Shown: piece by piece, positions 56,266 through 64,000 of the stretch
How the letters are laid out: the number at the start of each line of letters is the position of its first letter
Position numbering within the stretch: position 1 is the stretch's first letter
Origin: Gemmatimonadales bacterium
GTDB taxonomy: Bacteria; Gemmatimonadota; Gemmatimonadetes; Gemmatimonadales; GWC2-71-9
DNA: 64,000 bases
Assembly (NCBI GenBank): GCA_036004985.1
Contig: DASYQX010000049.1
Location: 18,377 to 82,376, forward strand
Direction of reading: 5' to 3'
Made by a program: the position numbers and the translations under genes
Notes under the pieces: generated by a model
Told to the model about the DNA's origin: nothing
Database searches by the model: none
Seen by the model: only the letters and a program-made list of their open reading frames with translations

Positions 56266-58692
56266 TTGATCATGCGCTCCCTGTTCGCCGTCAGCCTCGC
56301 CAGCCTCGCTTGCTCCGGCCTTGCGGCCCAACAGCCCTACAAGGTGCCGCCGCAAGTCATCGTCGACATCCTCGACACGCCGCCGCTGCCGGGCGCGAGC
56401 GTCTCCCCCGACCGGCAATGGCTCCTGCTTCTCGAGCAGCGCAGCATGCCGGCGATCGCGGAGCTCGCCCAGCCGATCCTCCGGATCGCCGGTACGCGCA
56501 TCAACCCGCGCACCACCGGCCCGCAGCTGCCGGGCCCGATCACGGGCCTGGTGCTCAAGCGTGTGGCCGACGGCGCCGAGCGGCGGATCACCGTCCCGGC
56601 ACCGGCGGCGCTCTCTTTCGTGAGCTGGTCCCCCGACAGCCGCACGATCGCGTTCGTGCAGACCCGCGACTCCGGGCTCGCCCTGTGGGTCGCCGACGCG
56701 GCCACGGGGCAAGCGCGCGCGCTCACCGGCCCGAGCCTGAACGCCACCAACGGCCCGCCGTGCCAGTGGATGCCCGGCGCCGCGGCGAGCACCCGACTGT
56801 TGTGTGAATTCGTGCCGGACGGCCGCGGCCCCGCGCCCGTCGCCCCTGCGACCCCCGTCGGCCCCACCACCCAGGAAACCCAGGGCCGCGCGTCGCCCGC
56901 GCCGACGTACGAAGACCTCCTCAAGAACGCGAACGACGAGCGGTTGTTCGATTACTACTTCACGGCGCAGCTCGCCACGGTCGACGTCGCGACAGGCGCG
57001 CGCGCGCTCCTCGGGGCGCCCGCGATCTTCGAGCGGGTGGACGTCGCGCCCGGCGGCGAATACGTGCTGATCGCGCGGACCGTACGCCCGTACTCGTATC
57101 TCGTCCCCGCCGTCCTCTTCGCGCAGGACCTCGAGCTGTGGAACCTCCGCGGCGAAGTCGTGGTCGGCCCACGGCACCTCCCGCTGGGCGAGGGTATCCC
57201 CATCCGGGGCGTCCGGCCGGGACCCCGCGCGATCAACTGGCGCCCCGGCGTCCCGGCGACGCTCGTTTGGGCCGAAGCGCTCGACGGCGGTGATCCGCGG
57301 ACCAAGGTCGACCACCAGGATCGTGTCCTGACCCTCTCCGCTCCATTCAACAGTGAGCCAGTGGAGCTTGCTCGACTCGTCAAGCGCTACAGCGGTCTTC
57401 TGTGGGACACCCTGGGTACGGGCCTGTTGGCCGAATACGACCGCGAGCGCCGCTGGCTCAAGACGTGGATCCTGGACGCCGCCAAGCCGGGCGCCGCGCC
57501 CACCCTGCTCTTCGACCGGAGCGCCGAGGACCGCTACGGCGACCCCGGGTTCCCCGTCCTGCGGATGACTGCCGCCGGCGATCCTGCGCTGCTCCGAACC
57601 GGAGACTGGATTTATCTGGTGGGCTCCGGGGCGTCACCTCAGGGCGAGCGCCCGTTCCTCGACCGCCTGAGCGTCACGACCAAGAAGGCGGAGCGGCTCT
57701 GGCGCGCCGACACGGCGCACTACGAGAGCGTCGTCGCGTTGATCGACGACGCGGGGAGGACTTTCATCACGCGCCGCGAGTCGCACACCGAGCCGCCCAA
57801 CTACTTCGTGCGCCGGGGCAACCGTCTCCGCCCGCTCACGGCGTTCAAGGACCCCGCCCCCCAGCTCACGGGCATCGAGAAGCGCCTCGTGACCTACACG
57901 CGCGAGGACGGCGTACCGCTGTCCGGCACGCTGTATCTGCCCCCCGGCTACCGAGCCGGCACCCGGCTGCCCGTGGTGATGTGGGCGTACCCGACCGAGT
58001 TCGCTTCGGCGACGGCGGCCGGGCAGGTCACGGCGGCGCCGAATCGCTTCAACATCATCCGCGGCCCGTCGCACCTGTTCTTCCTGACCCAAGGGTACGC
58101 CGTGCTCGACGACCCGAAGATGCCGATCATCGGTGGTGACACCGCCAACGACCACTACGTCGATCAGCTCGTCATGAACGCCCGGGCCGCAGTGAAGGCC
58201 GTCGTGGACTTGGGCGTGGCCGATCCGGACCGCATCGGCGTGGGCGGACACAGCTACGGTGCGTTCATGACCGCCAACCTGCTCGCACATTGCGACCTGT
58301 TCCGCGCCGGCATCGCGCGGAGCGGCGCGTACAATCGCACGCTCACCCCGTTCGGCTTCCAGAACGAGGACCGCACCTTCTGGCAGGCACGGAACGTGTA
58401 CCTCCGGATGTCGCCGTTCGTGTACGCCGACAGCATCAACGAGCCGATCCTGATGACCCACGGGGAGGCCGACAACAACTCGGGCACCTTCCCCATCAAC
58501 TCGGAGCGGTTGTTTGCCGCGATCAAGGGGCTAGGAGGGACCGCGCGGCTCGTGATGCTCCCGAATGAATCGCACGGGTACGTCGGTCGCGAGTCGGTGC
58601 TCCACACGCTGGCCGAGATGATCGATTGGTTCGACCGCTACGTGAAGCAGGCGAGGCCGCGGCAGGCGGGCGTCAGCAGCTCGAACCGATGA
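56266..58692 (+). CDS. S9-family serine peptidase (prolyl oligopeptidase family), secreted
   Basis: Signal peptide MIMRSLFAVSLASLACSGLAAQ, an N-terminal propeller, and a catalytic domain with GGHSYGAFMT, HGEADNN and the His in SHGY. Confidence 0.9.
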   Translation: MIMRSLFAVSLASLACSGLAAQQPYKVPPQVIVDILDTPPLPGASVSPDRQWLLLLEQRSMPAIAELAQPILRIAGTRINPRTTGPQLPGPITGLVLKRVADGAERRITVPAPAALSFVSWSPDSRTIAFVQTRDSGLALWVADAATGQARALTGPSLNATNGPPCQWMPGAAASTRLLCEFVPDGRGPAPVAPATPVGPTTQETQGRASPAPTYEDLLKNANDERLFDYYFTAQLATVDVATGARALLGAPAIFERVDVAPGGEYVLIARTVRPYSYLVPAVLFAQDLELWNLRGEVVVGPRHLPLGEGIPIRGVRPGPRAINWRPGVPATLVWAEALDGGDPRTKVDHQDRVLTLSAPFNSEPVELARLVKRYSGLLWDTLGTGLLAEYDRERRWLKTWILDAAKPGAAPTLLFDRSAEDRYGDPGFPVLRMTAAGDPALLRTGDWIYLVGSGASPQGERPFLDRLSVTTKKAERLWRADTAHYESVVALIDDAGRTFITRRESHTEPPNYFVRRGNRLRPLTAFKDPAPQLTGIEKRLVTYTREDGVPLSGTLYLPPGYRAGTRLPVVMWAYPTEFASATAAGQVTAAPNRFNIIRGPSHLFFLTQGYAVLDDPKMPIIGGDTANDHYVDQLVMNARAAVKAVVDLGVADPDRIGVGGHSYGAFMTANLLAHCDLFRAGIARSGAYNRTLTPFGFQNEDRTFWQARNVYLRMSPFVYADSINEPILMTHGEADNNSGTFPINSERLFAAIKGLGGTARLVMLPNESHGYVGRESVLHTLAEMIDWFDRYVKQARPRQAGVSSSNR

Positions 58693-58725
58693 GGTAACTC
58701 CCGCCCAACACGGGCCCTACCGGCG

Positions 58726-58748
58726 CGTGACCGGCTCCCCCGGTCACG
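58726..58748 (+). terminator. Hairpin downstream of the S9 peptidase gene
   Basis: cgtgaccgg-ctccc-ccggtcacg, a 9-bp stem 34 nt after the stop. There is no U-tract, so its function as an intrinsic terminator is uncertain. Confidence 0.35.
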
Positions 58749-59136
58749 TGCCCGGTGCGTGGGCCCCCCCCTCGCTGGCGCGCCGCTCCAGCCGCCGCTG
58801 CGCGAACTTCCCCCGTGAGCCGCATCACGCACCTGCAGGGTCCCACGCCCCTCACGCCACACTTGGTGTTGCTGAACGCGGGCTCCGTTGCGGCGGGCAT
58901 GCCACGACCGGACGCGGACCACGCTCCTTGCTCCACGCCGCGTCTTGGCACGAGAGATGCGACGCTCCGCGACTAGGGACGAAAGTCGTCCCGCGGTACG
59001 CGCTCGACAGTTCCCGGAGGGACTCGGGCAGCCGCGACGCCCGATCCCGGTCGGCTGGACGTGCGACCGAACGCGGCGCATGTTGAGTCGAGTCCGACCG
59101 AGCGAGCGGCTCGGCGCCCTCCGAGAAGGTGGTTTC

Positions 59137-59478
59137 ATGAACCGGGTTCTCCTCTTCCTCACCCTCACGCTCACCGCGTGCGCGTCGCTCCAGTACTCCC
59201 ATTGGCCCTACCGGGGGCCGATGCTCATGGTGTCGAACCCCACGACTGCTCCGCTGGTCGTACTCGCGCGGGACGGCGTGGGACGGGAGCTGGTCACCGC
59301 CAAGATCAAGCCGCACGGCCGGCAGTGCTTCCGCTGGCCCTTCATCCACGCGATCGGCTACCTGGTCGCCGCGGGCAGCGACACGCTCACCAGCCAGCCG
59401 TTCGAGGTGTGGTCGGCCCACGGGTGGGAGTGGTCCGGGCAGTTCGAGCCGGTAGCCAATCCGCGAGCCTGCCGCTGA
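59137..59478 (+). CDS. Hypothetical lipoprotein (113 aa)
   Basis: ATG 59137 gives MNRVLLFLTLTLTAC (lipobox), with GAAGGTGG upstream. The upstream part of the track ORF is Arg-rich. Confidence 0.55.
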   Translation: MNRVLLFLTLTLTACASLQYSHWPYRGPMLMVSNPTTAPLVVLARDGVGRELVTAKIKPHGRQCFRWPFIHAIGYLVAAGSDTLTSQPFEVWSAHGWEWSGQFEPVANPRACR

Positions 59479-59482
59479 CGGC

Positions 59483-60961
59483 TTACTTGCCCGCCACGCG
59501 CGCCACGACGTCGTAGACGAAGCGGACCCCGAAGCGCAGCGCTTCGAGGGCCACCCGTTCGTCGTTGCCGTGAACCCCCCGCGCCTCGGCCACCGTGAGC
59601 GGGAACGGCGACAGCCCGTAGCTCGCGATCCCCAGGCGCCGGAAATAGTGACTGTCGGTGAACCCGGTCAACATCGGCGTGGTGACGAGCGCGGTGGGAT
59701 GCCGGGCGCGCGCCGCCGCCTCGATCGCGCGGAATAACTCCGTCTCGATTGGGCTCTCCGTTGCCGGCCAGTTCGGCCCCTGTGGCCGGAACGTCACCGC
59801 CGTGTCCCCCACGACGCGGGTCAGCTCCGCCAGGAACGTGGCGGGGTCTTGCCCCGGCAGCAGCCGCACGTCCAGGGCCGCCGTGGCGACGGGCGGGATC
59901 ACGTTGGTCTTGTCGCTCGCCTTGAGCCCCGTGATCGAAATCGTGTTGCGCAGCAGCGCGTTGTAGGTGACGTCGGCGGTGATCGCCCGCACAGCCGCCG
60001 AGTCGCGCAGCGCCGCGCGAATATCCGCGAACCAGCGGCGCCGCTCCGGGTCGTTCTCGACCGTCGCGAGATCCGCGAAATAGCGCTCCACCGCCGGCGT
60101 CACCACGAGCGGCGTCCGCCACTCGGCGATCCGGTCGAGCGCCCGCACCAGGCGATGCACCGGGTTGTCCGGCGTGGGGCGTGAGCCGTGGCCGGGCGTA
60201 CCCCCCGCCCTCAGGTCGAGCCAGAACGGGGATTTCTCCGTGGTGCCCACGCCGTAGTAGTCCACCCCGCCCCGCTCGTTGGCGCGGATCGTGCCCCCTT
60301 CGTTGATCAGGAACTCCGCACCCTGAACCAGATCGGCGTGCCGTTCCACGAACCAGGCCGCCCCCACCCCCGCCCCGATCTCTTCGTCGGCGGTTGCCAA
60401 AAAGATCACATCGCGCTTGAGCGGTACGTTGGCGCGCTTCAGGATCAGGAGTGCCATCAACTGCGTGATCCCCTCCCCTTTCATGTCGAGCGCGCCGCGC
60501 CCCCACACGTAGCCGTCTTTGATGACCCCGCTGAACGGGTCCACCTGCCAGTATTCGGGAGACGCGAGCACGACGTCCATGTGATTGAGCAGGATCAGCG
60601 GGCGCGCGCTGCCGTCGCCCCTGAGCCGGGCGTACAGGTTCGCCTTCCCCGGCGCCGGTTGGAACACCTGGGCGTCGATGCCGTCGCGCCGCAGCACCGC
60701 CGCGAGCCAGCGCGCGGCCGCGATTTCGTTGCCAGGGGGATTGGTCGTGTTGATGCGCAGGTACTGCGACAGCAGGGCCGCCGCCTCGTCGCCCAGCGCG
60801 TTCCACTCGGCGTCCCCGCGCGGTGCCGTGATGAGTGCGACGCGCGGCGGCGTCTCCATCACCGGCGCCGACGACGGGCCGACGAGCCCAGGGCCCGGCC
60901 GGCGGGCGCCACAACCCACGGCCACTAGCGCGGAGAGCAACAACGACGCGGCACGGCGCAC
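59483..60961 (-). CDS. M20/M25/M40-family metallopeptidase, probable lipoprotein
   Basis: I infer the start at GTG 60961 (VRRAASLLLSALVAVGCG). Motifs LINHMDVV, ATADEEIG and the dimerisation-domain pattern. Confidence 0.8.
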   Translation of the reverse strand: MRRAASLLLSALVAVGCGARRPGPGLVGPSSAPVMETPPRVALITAPRGDAEWNALGDEAAALLSQYLRINTTNPPGNEIAAARWLAAVLRRDGIDAQVFQPAPGKANLYARLRGDGSARPLILLNHMDVVLASPEYWQVDPFSGVIKDGYVWGRGALDMKGEGITQLMALLILKRANVPLKRDVIFLATADEEIGAGVGAAWFVERHADLVQGAEFLINEGGTIRANERGGVDYYGVGTTEKSPFWLDLRAGGTPGHGSRPTPDNPVHRLVRALDRIAEWRTPLVVTPAVERYFADLATVENDPERRRWFADIRAALRDSAAVRAITADVTYNALLRNTISITGLKASDKTNVIPPVATAALDVRLLPGQDPATFLAELTRVVGDTAVTFRPQGPNWPATESPIETELFRAIEAAARARHPTALVTTPMLTGFTDSHYFRRLGIASYGLSPFPLTVAEARGVHGNDERVALEALRFGVRFVYDVVARVAGK

Positions 60962-61016
60962 GACCCGGCTCCTGAGAGGAACAGAGCGCGAAACTACCGG
61001 GGGCCGGGAACGACGG

Positions 61017-62216
61017 CTAGGGCGTGTGGGCCGGTGCCGGGGCGGTGGTGTGAAGGCGAAGAGGCGAGGACGGCGTCGAGTCGGGAGCAACCGTGATCGT
61101 GAGCGTGTCGCTCAGCCCGCCGCTCGTCGCGACTATGCGCCCCGAACCGACGGCCAACGACGTGACCCAAGCGTACTTGCCCACCCGACCGCTGTCGGTG
61201 AGCGACAGCACGCTCGGGTCCAGGTTCGCCCACGCGACGCTGGGGTTCGGTTCCTGCTGGTTCTGCGAATTGACGACGATCGCCTCGAGCTCGTTGGTGC
61301 GGCCCACGAGCATCGACGAAGCGCCGCTGACGTACACCGCGCCGCGGAACTGCGTCAGGGTCAGGTCGTGAGTCGTTTCGACGCCCCGCGTCACGACCAC
61401 ACTTGAATCGTAAGCCGTCGCCCAGCCCCCCGAACGGGGGGCGTTGGTCTGAACGATGTAGGTCCCGGGCAGCAGGTATGCGAGCCGGTAGTGCCCGGCC
61501 GCATCGGTCCGGGCAGTCGAGAGGAAGTACGTCGTGTCGAGCGCCGTGCCGTAGGCGGTGACCGTCGCGTTCGCGATCGGCACGGGCGCCCCGGAGTCGG
61601 AGGCCCCTCGCACCGTTCCCGCGATGGACCCCGTGGCCGCTTTGTTGATCGCCCGGATCCAGGGGAGAAAGGTGAAGGCACCGTCGCCAAGGTCGTTGTA
61701 GTGGAAGCTCCGCCCCACGTCGAAATCAATCACGATCTCCGCCCCTTGCTCTGGCACGGAGACCGCGGCCTCCACGAATGCGTGAATGGCCTGTTGTCCA
61801 GCGCCGCCCCAATGAACCACGGCCAGGGACCCGTCGGTGAAGCGGATGTCGGACGAGTCCGCGTCGATGATCACCCGGACGGCGCGGTATTGGTCGGCCG
61901 GGATCGCGCCTTCACCGAGCAAGGTCGTAGCTCCCTGCTGCAGCGAGAGCAAGTCCACTCGCCTGCGGGGCTGGGTGATCGTCAACCACTGTTGTCCGCC
62001 GGGGGAACTCGTGTCGGGCTGTGGCGACGCCGCGATGCTGACGACGTAGATGTTGACGCTCTGCACCGTGTCGAAGGGGAACGGATCGTCCGTGAGGAGC
62101 ACCCTCGTGAGGCCGTGACGATCAAGGCCGGCGACCACATCGTCCTGATAGCACGCTCCCCAACTGAGCAGGGCTGCCGCGGCCAGCACGGGCAGAACTA
62201 CGCGCTGCGAAATCAT
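61017..62216 (-). CDS. Lipoprotein with a DUF4382-like N-terminal domain, a carboxypeptidase-regulatory-like domain and a Big_2 Ig-like domain
   Basis: Start at ATG 62216 (MISQRVVLPVLAAAALLSWGAC). IAGTVRG...ANATVTAY...TDAAGHYRLAYLLPGTYIV is CarboxypepD_reg-like. The C-terminal ...SVLSLTDSGRV...AVGSGRIVATSGGLSDTLTITV is Big_2-like. Confidence 0.65.
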   Translation of the reverse strand: MISQRVVLPVLAAAALLSWGACYQDDVVAGLDRHGLTRVLLTDDPFPFDTVQSVNIYVVSIAASPQPDTSSPGGQQWLTITQPRRRVDLLSLQQGATTLLGEGAIPADQYRAVRVIIDADSSDIRFTDGSLAVVHWGGAGQQAIHAFVEAAVSVPEQGAEIVIDFDVGRSFHYNDLGDGAFTFLPWIRAINKAATGSIAGTVRGASDSGAPVPIANATVTAYGTALDTTYFLSTARTDAAGHYRLAYLLPGTYIVQTNAPRSGGWATAYDSSVVVTRGVETTHDLTLTQFRGAVYVSGASSMLVGRTNELEAIVVNSQNQQEPNPSVAWANLDPSVLSLTDSGRVGKYAWVTSLAVGSGRIVATSGGLSDTLTITVAPDSTPSSPLRLHTTAPAPAHTP

Positions 62217-62275
62217 GAGCTCCTCGCGCGGGATTGACGGCTCTGTGTCCGGGATACCCCGGAGCGGCGGGCCTG

Positions 62276-62312
62276 CGTCACAAAACCCCAGCCAGAGGGT
62301 ATTTTTGTGACG
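62276..62312. promoter_or_regulatory. Inverted repeat CGTCACAAAA - 17 nt - TTTTGTGACG in the divergent region upstream of the ECF sigma gene
   Basis: Perfect 10-bp arms read directly. It lies 15 nt upstream of ATG 62327. Confidence 0.45.
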
Positions 62313-62326
62313 GCGAGGCCAACTCG

Positions 62327-62884
62327 ATGGGTACAGAACATATGGGGGCGAGCGACGCGGATTTGGTGCGCCGTGTGCGGGCCGGCGACACCGACGCGTA
62401 CGGCGCCCTGGTCGCACGCTACCGGGACCGCCTCGGGCGCTACGCCGTCCACATGCTCGGCGACCGGGAGGATGCGGAGGAAGCGTTGCAGGATGCCTTC
62501 GTCCGCGGGTATCGGTCCCTGGCGCGGTGCGACAGTCCGGAGCGGTTCGGTGCGTGGCTGTACGGCATCCTGGTCAACCGGTGCCGCACGGCCGGGGCGC
62601 GCGCGGCGCGACGCCGCCGGTTGTTCGTACGCGACGAAGGGGCGCTGAACGGGACGCCGCAGCCCGTCCCGGCAGCGGGCACGGAATGGGATGACGTTGT
62701 GCGCCGGGCGCTCGCGCGGCTCGCTCCGGAGTACCGCGAGGCGTTCCTCCTCAAGCACGTGGAGGACCTCGAGTACGAGGCGATGTCGCGGCTGACGGGA
62801 GCCGGGATCTCGGCGCTCAAGATGCGCGTGAAACGCGCCCGAGAGCAGCTGCAAGCGATTCTCAAAGAGGCGGAGCATGTTTGA
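62327..62884 (+). CDS. ECF-type RNA polymerase sigma-70 factor
   Basis: Region 2 is LVRRVRAGDTDAYGALVARYRDRL...AEEALQDAFVRGY. Region 4 is EYREAFLLKHVEDLEYEAMSRLTGAGISALKMRVKRARE. The start is ATG 62327 or 62342. Confidence 0.9.
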   Translation: MGTEHMGASDADLVRRVRAGDTDAYGALVARYRDRLGRYAVHMLGDREDAEEALQDAFVRGYRSLARCDSPERFGAWLYGILVNRCRTAGARAARRRRLFVRDEGALNGTPQPVPAAGTEWDDVVRRALARLAPEYREAFLLKHVEDLEYEAMSRLTGAGISALKMRVKRAREQLQAILKEAEHV

Positions 62885-63377
62885 ACGCGAGGAACAGGTC
62901 GTCGAACGCATCATCACCCTCCTGCGGCAGCCGGTCGGCATCGACCCCGCGCTCGACCGGAGGGTGATGGACGAGATTGCCGCCTTGCGGACCGCCACTC
63001 ACTCCGGGACCGTGTGGCGCTGGGTCGCGCCGCTCGCCGGCCTCGCGGTCGCCGCGACCGTGCTCGTCGCGGTCGCGCGCTCCGCCGGTCCGTCGACCCA
63101 GGATCTCCAGTTCGTTCTCGTCGCTCCGCAAGCGGCGACCGTTTCGCTGGTCGGCGACTTCAACGATTGGGACGCGGCGCGCACCCCGATGCGGCCCCTG
63201 CGGGCGGACGGTCCCGTCTGGTCGGCAGTCGTTCCGCTCGCACCCGGACGCTACCACTACGCCTTTCTCGTCAACGGCTCCCGCTGGCTCGCCGATCCTG
63301 CGGCACCGGCCGCGTCCGACGACGGGTTCGGCGCGCCAAGCTCGGTCGTCACTGTGACCGGAGGGAGGGGCACATGA
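62877..63377 (+). CDS. Putative anti-sigma factor: one TM helix plus an extracytoplasmic CBM48 / AMPK-beta glycogen-binding-like domain
   Basis: It overlaps the sigma gene by 8 nt. TM helix WVAPLAGLAVAATVLVAVA, followed by VSLVGDFNDWD...MRPLRADGPVWSAVVPLAPGRYHYAFLVNGSRWLADP. Confidence 0.7.
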   Translation: MFEREEQVVERIITLLRQPVGIDPALDRRVMDEIAALRTATHSGTVWRWVAPLAGLAVAATVLVAVARSAGPSTQDLQFVLVAPQAATVSLVGDFNDWDAARTPMRPLRADGPVWSAVVPLAPGRYHYAFLVNGSRWLADPAAPAASDDGFGAPSSVVTVTGGRGT

Positions 63378-63979
63378 GGTTTGCTGCGGTACTCGCGCTG
63401 ACGTTCGCGACTCAGGCTCAGGCGCAAGAGCCGCGGCTCGAGCGCCTCGACTCGGCCGCACGGGCGCCGGTCGCGGCGGTCCTCGACTCCGCGCGCGCCG
63501 CAGGCCTCCCCGTCGAGCCCCTGCTCCAGCGTGCCCTCGAAGGCACGATCAAGCACGCGGCACCCGACCGCGTTGTGGCGGCCGTGCGGCGCTTGGCGGG
63601 TGACCTCGGCCGCGCCCGCGAGGCGCTCGGCGTGAGCGCCGCGCCGGCGGAGCTCGAGGCCGGCGCCGCGGCGCTCCGCGCCGGGGCTTCGCCCGCGGTG
63701 CTCGCTCAGCTGCGCCGCGCCCGGCGTCAGCCCCTGACCGTGCCCCTCGCCGTCCTCGCCGACCTCGTCGCGAGCGGCGTACCGGTGGACTCTGCCGCCT
63801 CCGCGGTGCTCATGCTCGCCGGCAGCGTGCGGGACGCCGACCTCATCGAATTCCGGCGCGCGGTGGAGCGCGACATCGCGCTCGGTGCCTCGCCCGCCAC
63901 CGCCGCCACCGCCGACGCCCCCACGTCCCTGAACGCGACGGCGCGCCCGCGCTCAGCAGCTCAGCCCCGCCGCCCGTAG
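63374..63979 (+). CDS. Hypothetical secreted protein (Ala-rich helical)
   Basis: ATGA overlap with the upstream gene. Signal peptide MRFAAVLALTFATQAQAQ. Confidence 0.5.
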   Translation: MRFAAVLALTFATQAQAQEPRLERLDSAARAPVAAVLDSARAAGLPVEPLLQRALEGTIKHAAPDRVVAAVRRLAGDLGRAREALGVSAAPAELEAGAAALRAGASPAVLAQLRRARRQPLTVPLAVLADLVASGVPVDSAASAVLMLAGSVRDADLIEFRRAVERDIALGASPATAATADAPTSLNATARPRSAAQPRRP

Positions 63980-64000
63980 TGCCGCGCGTCTGGGCAGCGG

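Overview
This is a high-GC, densely coding bacterial chromosomal segment with about 53 protein genes. I recognised no rRNA, tRNA, CRISPR array, transposase, integrase or phage genes.

Gene content:
- The repertoire is rich in secreted or lipoprotein hydrolases: two S9 peptidases plus M14, S41 and M20 peptidases, Lon and a DJ-1/PfpI protein.
- It also has TSP3-repeat OmpA proteins, TPR and HEAT repeat proteins and a membrane-fused spermidine-synthase-like protein. This resembles Gemmatimonadota-type genomes, but that is an inference only.
- Housekeeping or metabolic genes I recognise: lon, rsgA, queG, a glpD-like gene, a fadJ-like gene plus thiolase, proline dehydrogenase, mazG, a fused E1 alpha/beta dehydrogenase, an aconitase-family enzyme and a TsdA-like dihaem cytochrome c.
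- Many genes are joined by ATGA, GTGA, TTGA or TGATG stop/start overlaps, so operons are long.
- Most long ORFs in the six-frame track are Arg/Gly/Pro-rich antisense or off-frame artefacts of the GC content, and I rejected them.

Most notable observations:
1. A ~110-nt element in frame inside queG, bounded by 24-nt inverted repeats that are themselves hairpins.
2. A compact minus-strand cluster (47777-54649): aminotransferase, LOG-like, deoxyhypusine-synthase-like, MFS, Ddl-like ATP-grasp, a protein with four zinc ribbons and an HExxH motif, and a small membrane protein. This may be an uncharacterised polyamine-conjugate system.
3. An MFS gene whose conserved first transmembrane helix lies upstream of any canonical start codon. 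A CTG with an ideal Shine-Dalgarno sequence is available.
4. Three tandem TPR paralogues of about 393-399 aa, plus the decayed 3-prime remnant of a fourth.
5. A 20-bp perfect AT-rich palindrome overlapping a near-consensus promoter, 2 nt upstream of a TrmB-like regulator gene.
6. A TsdA-like cytochrome paired with a Tat-exported DsrE-like protein.

I cannot demonstrate a clearly novel defence or mobile system from the sequence alone.
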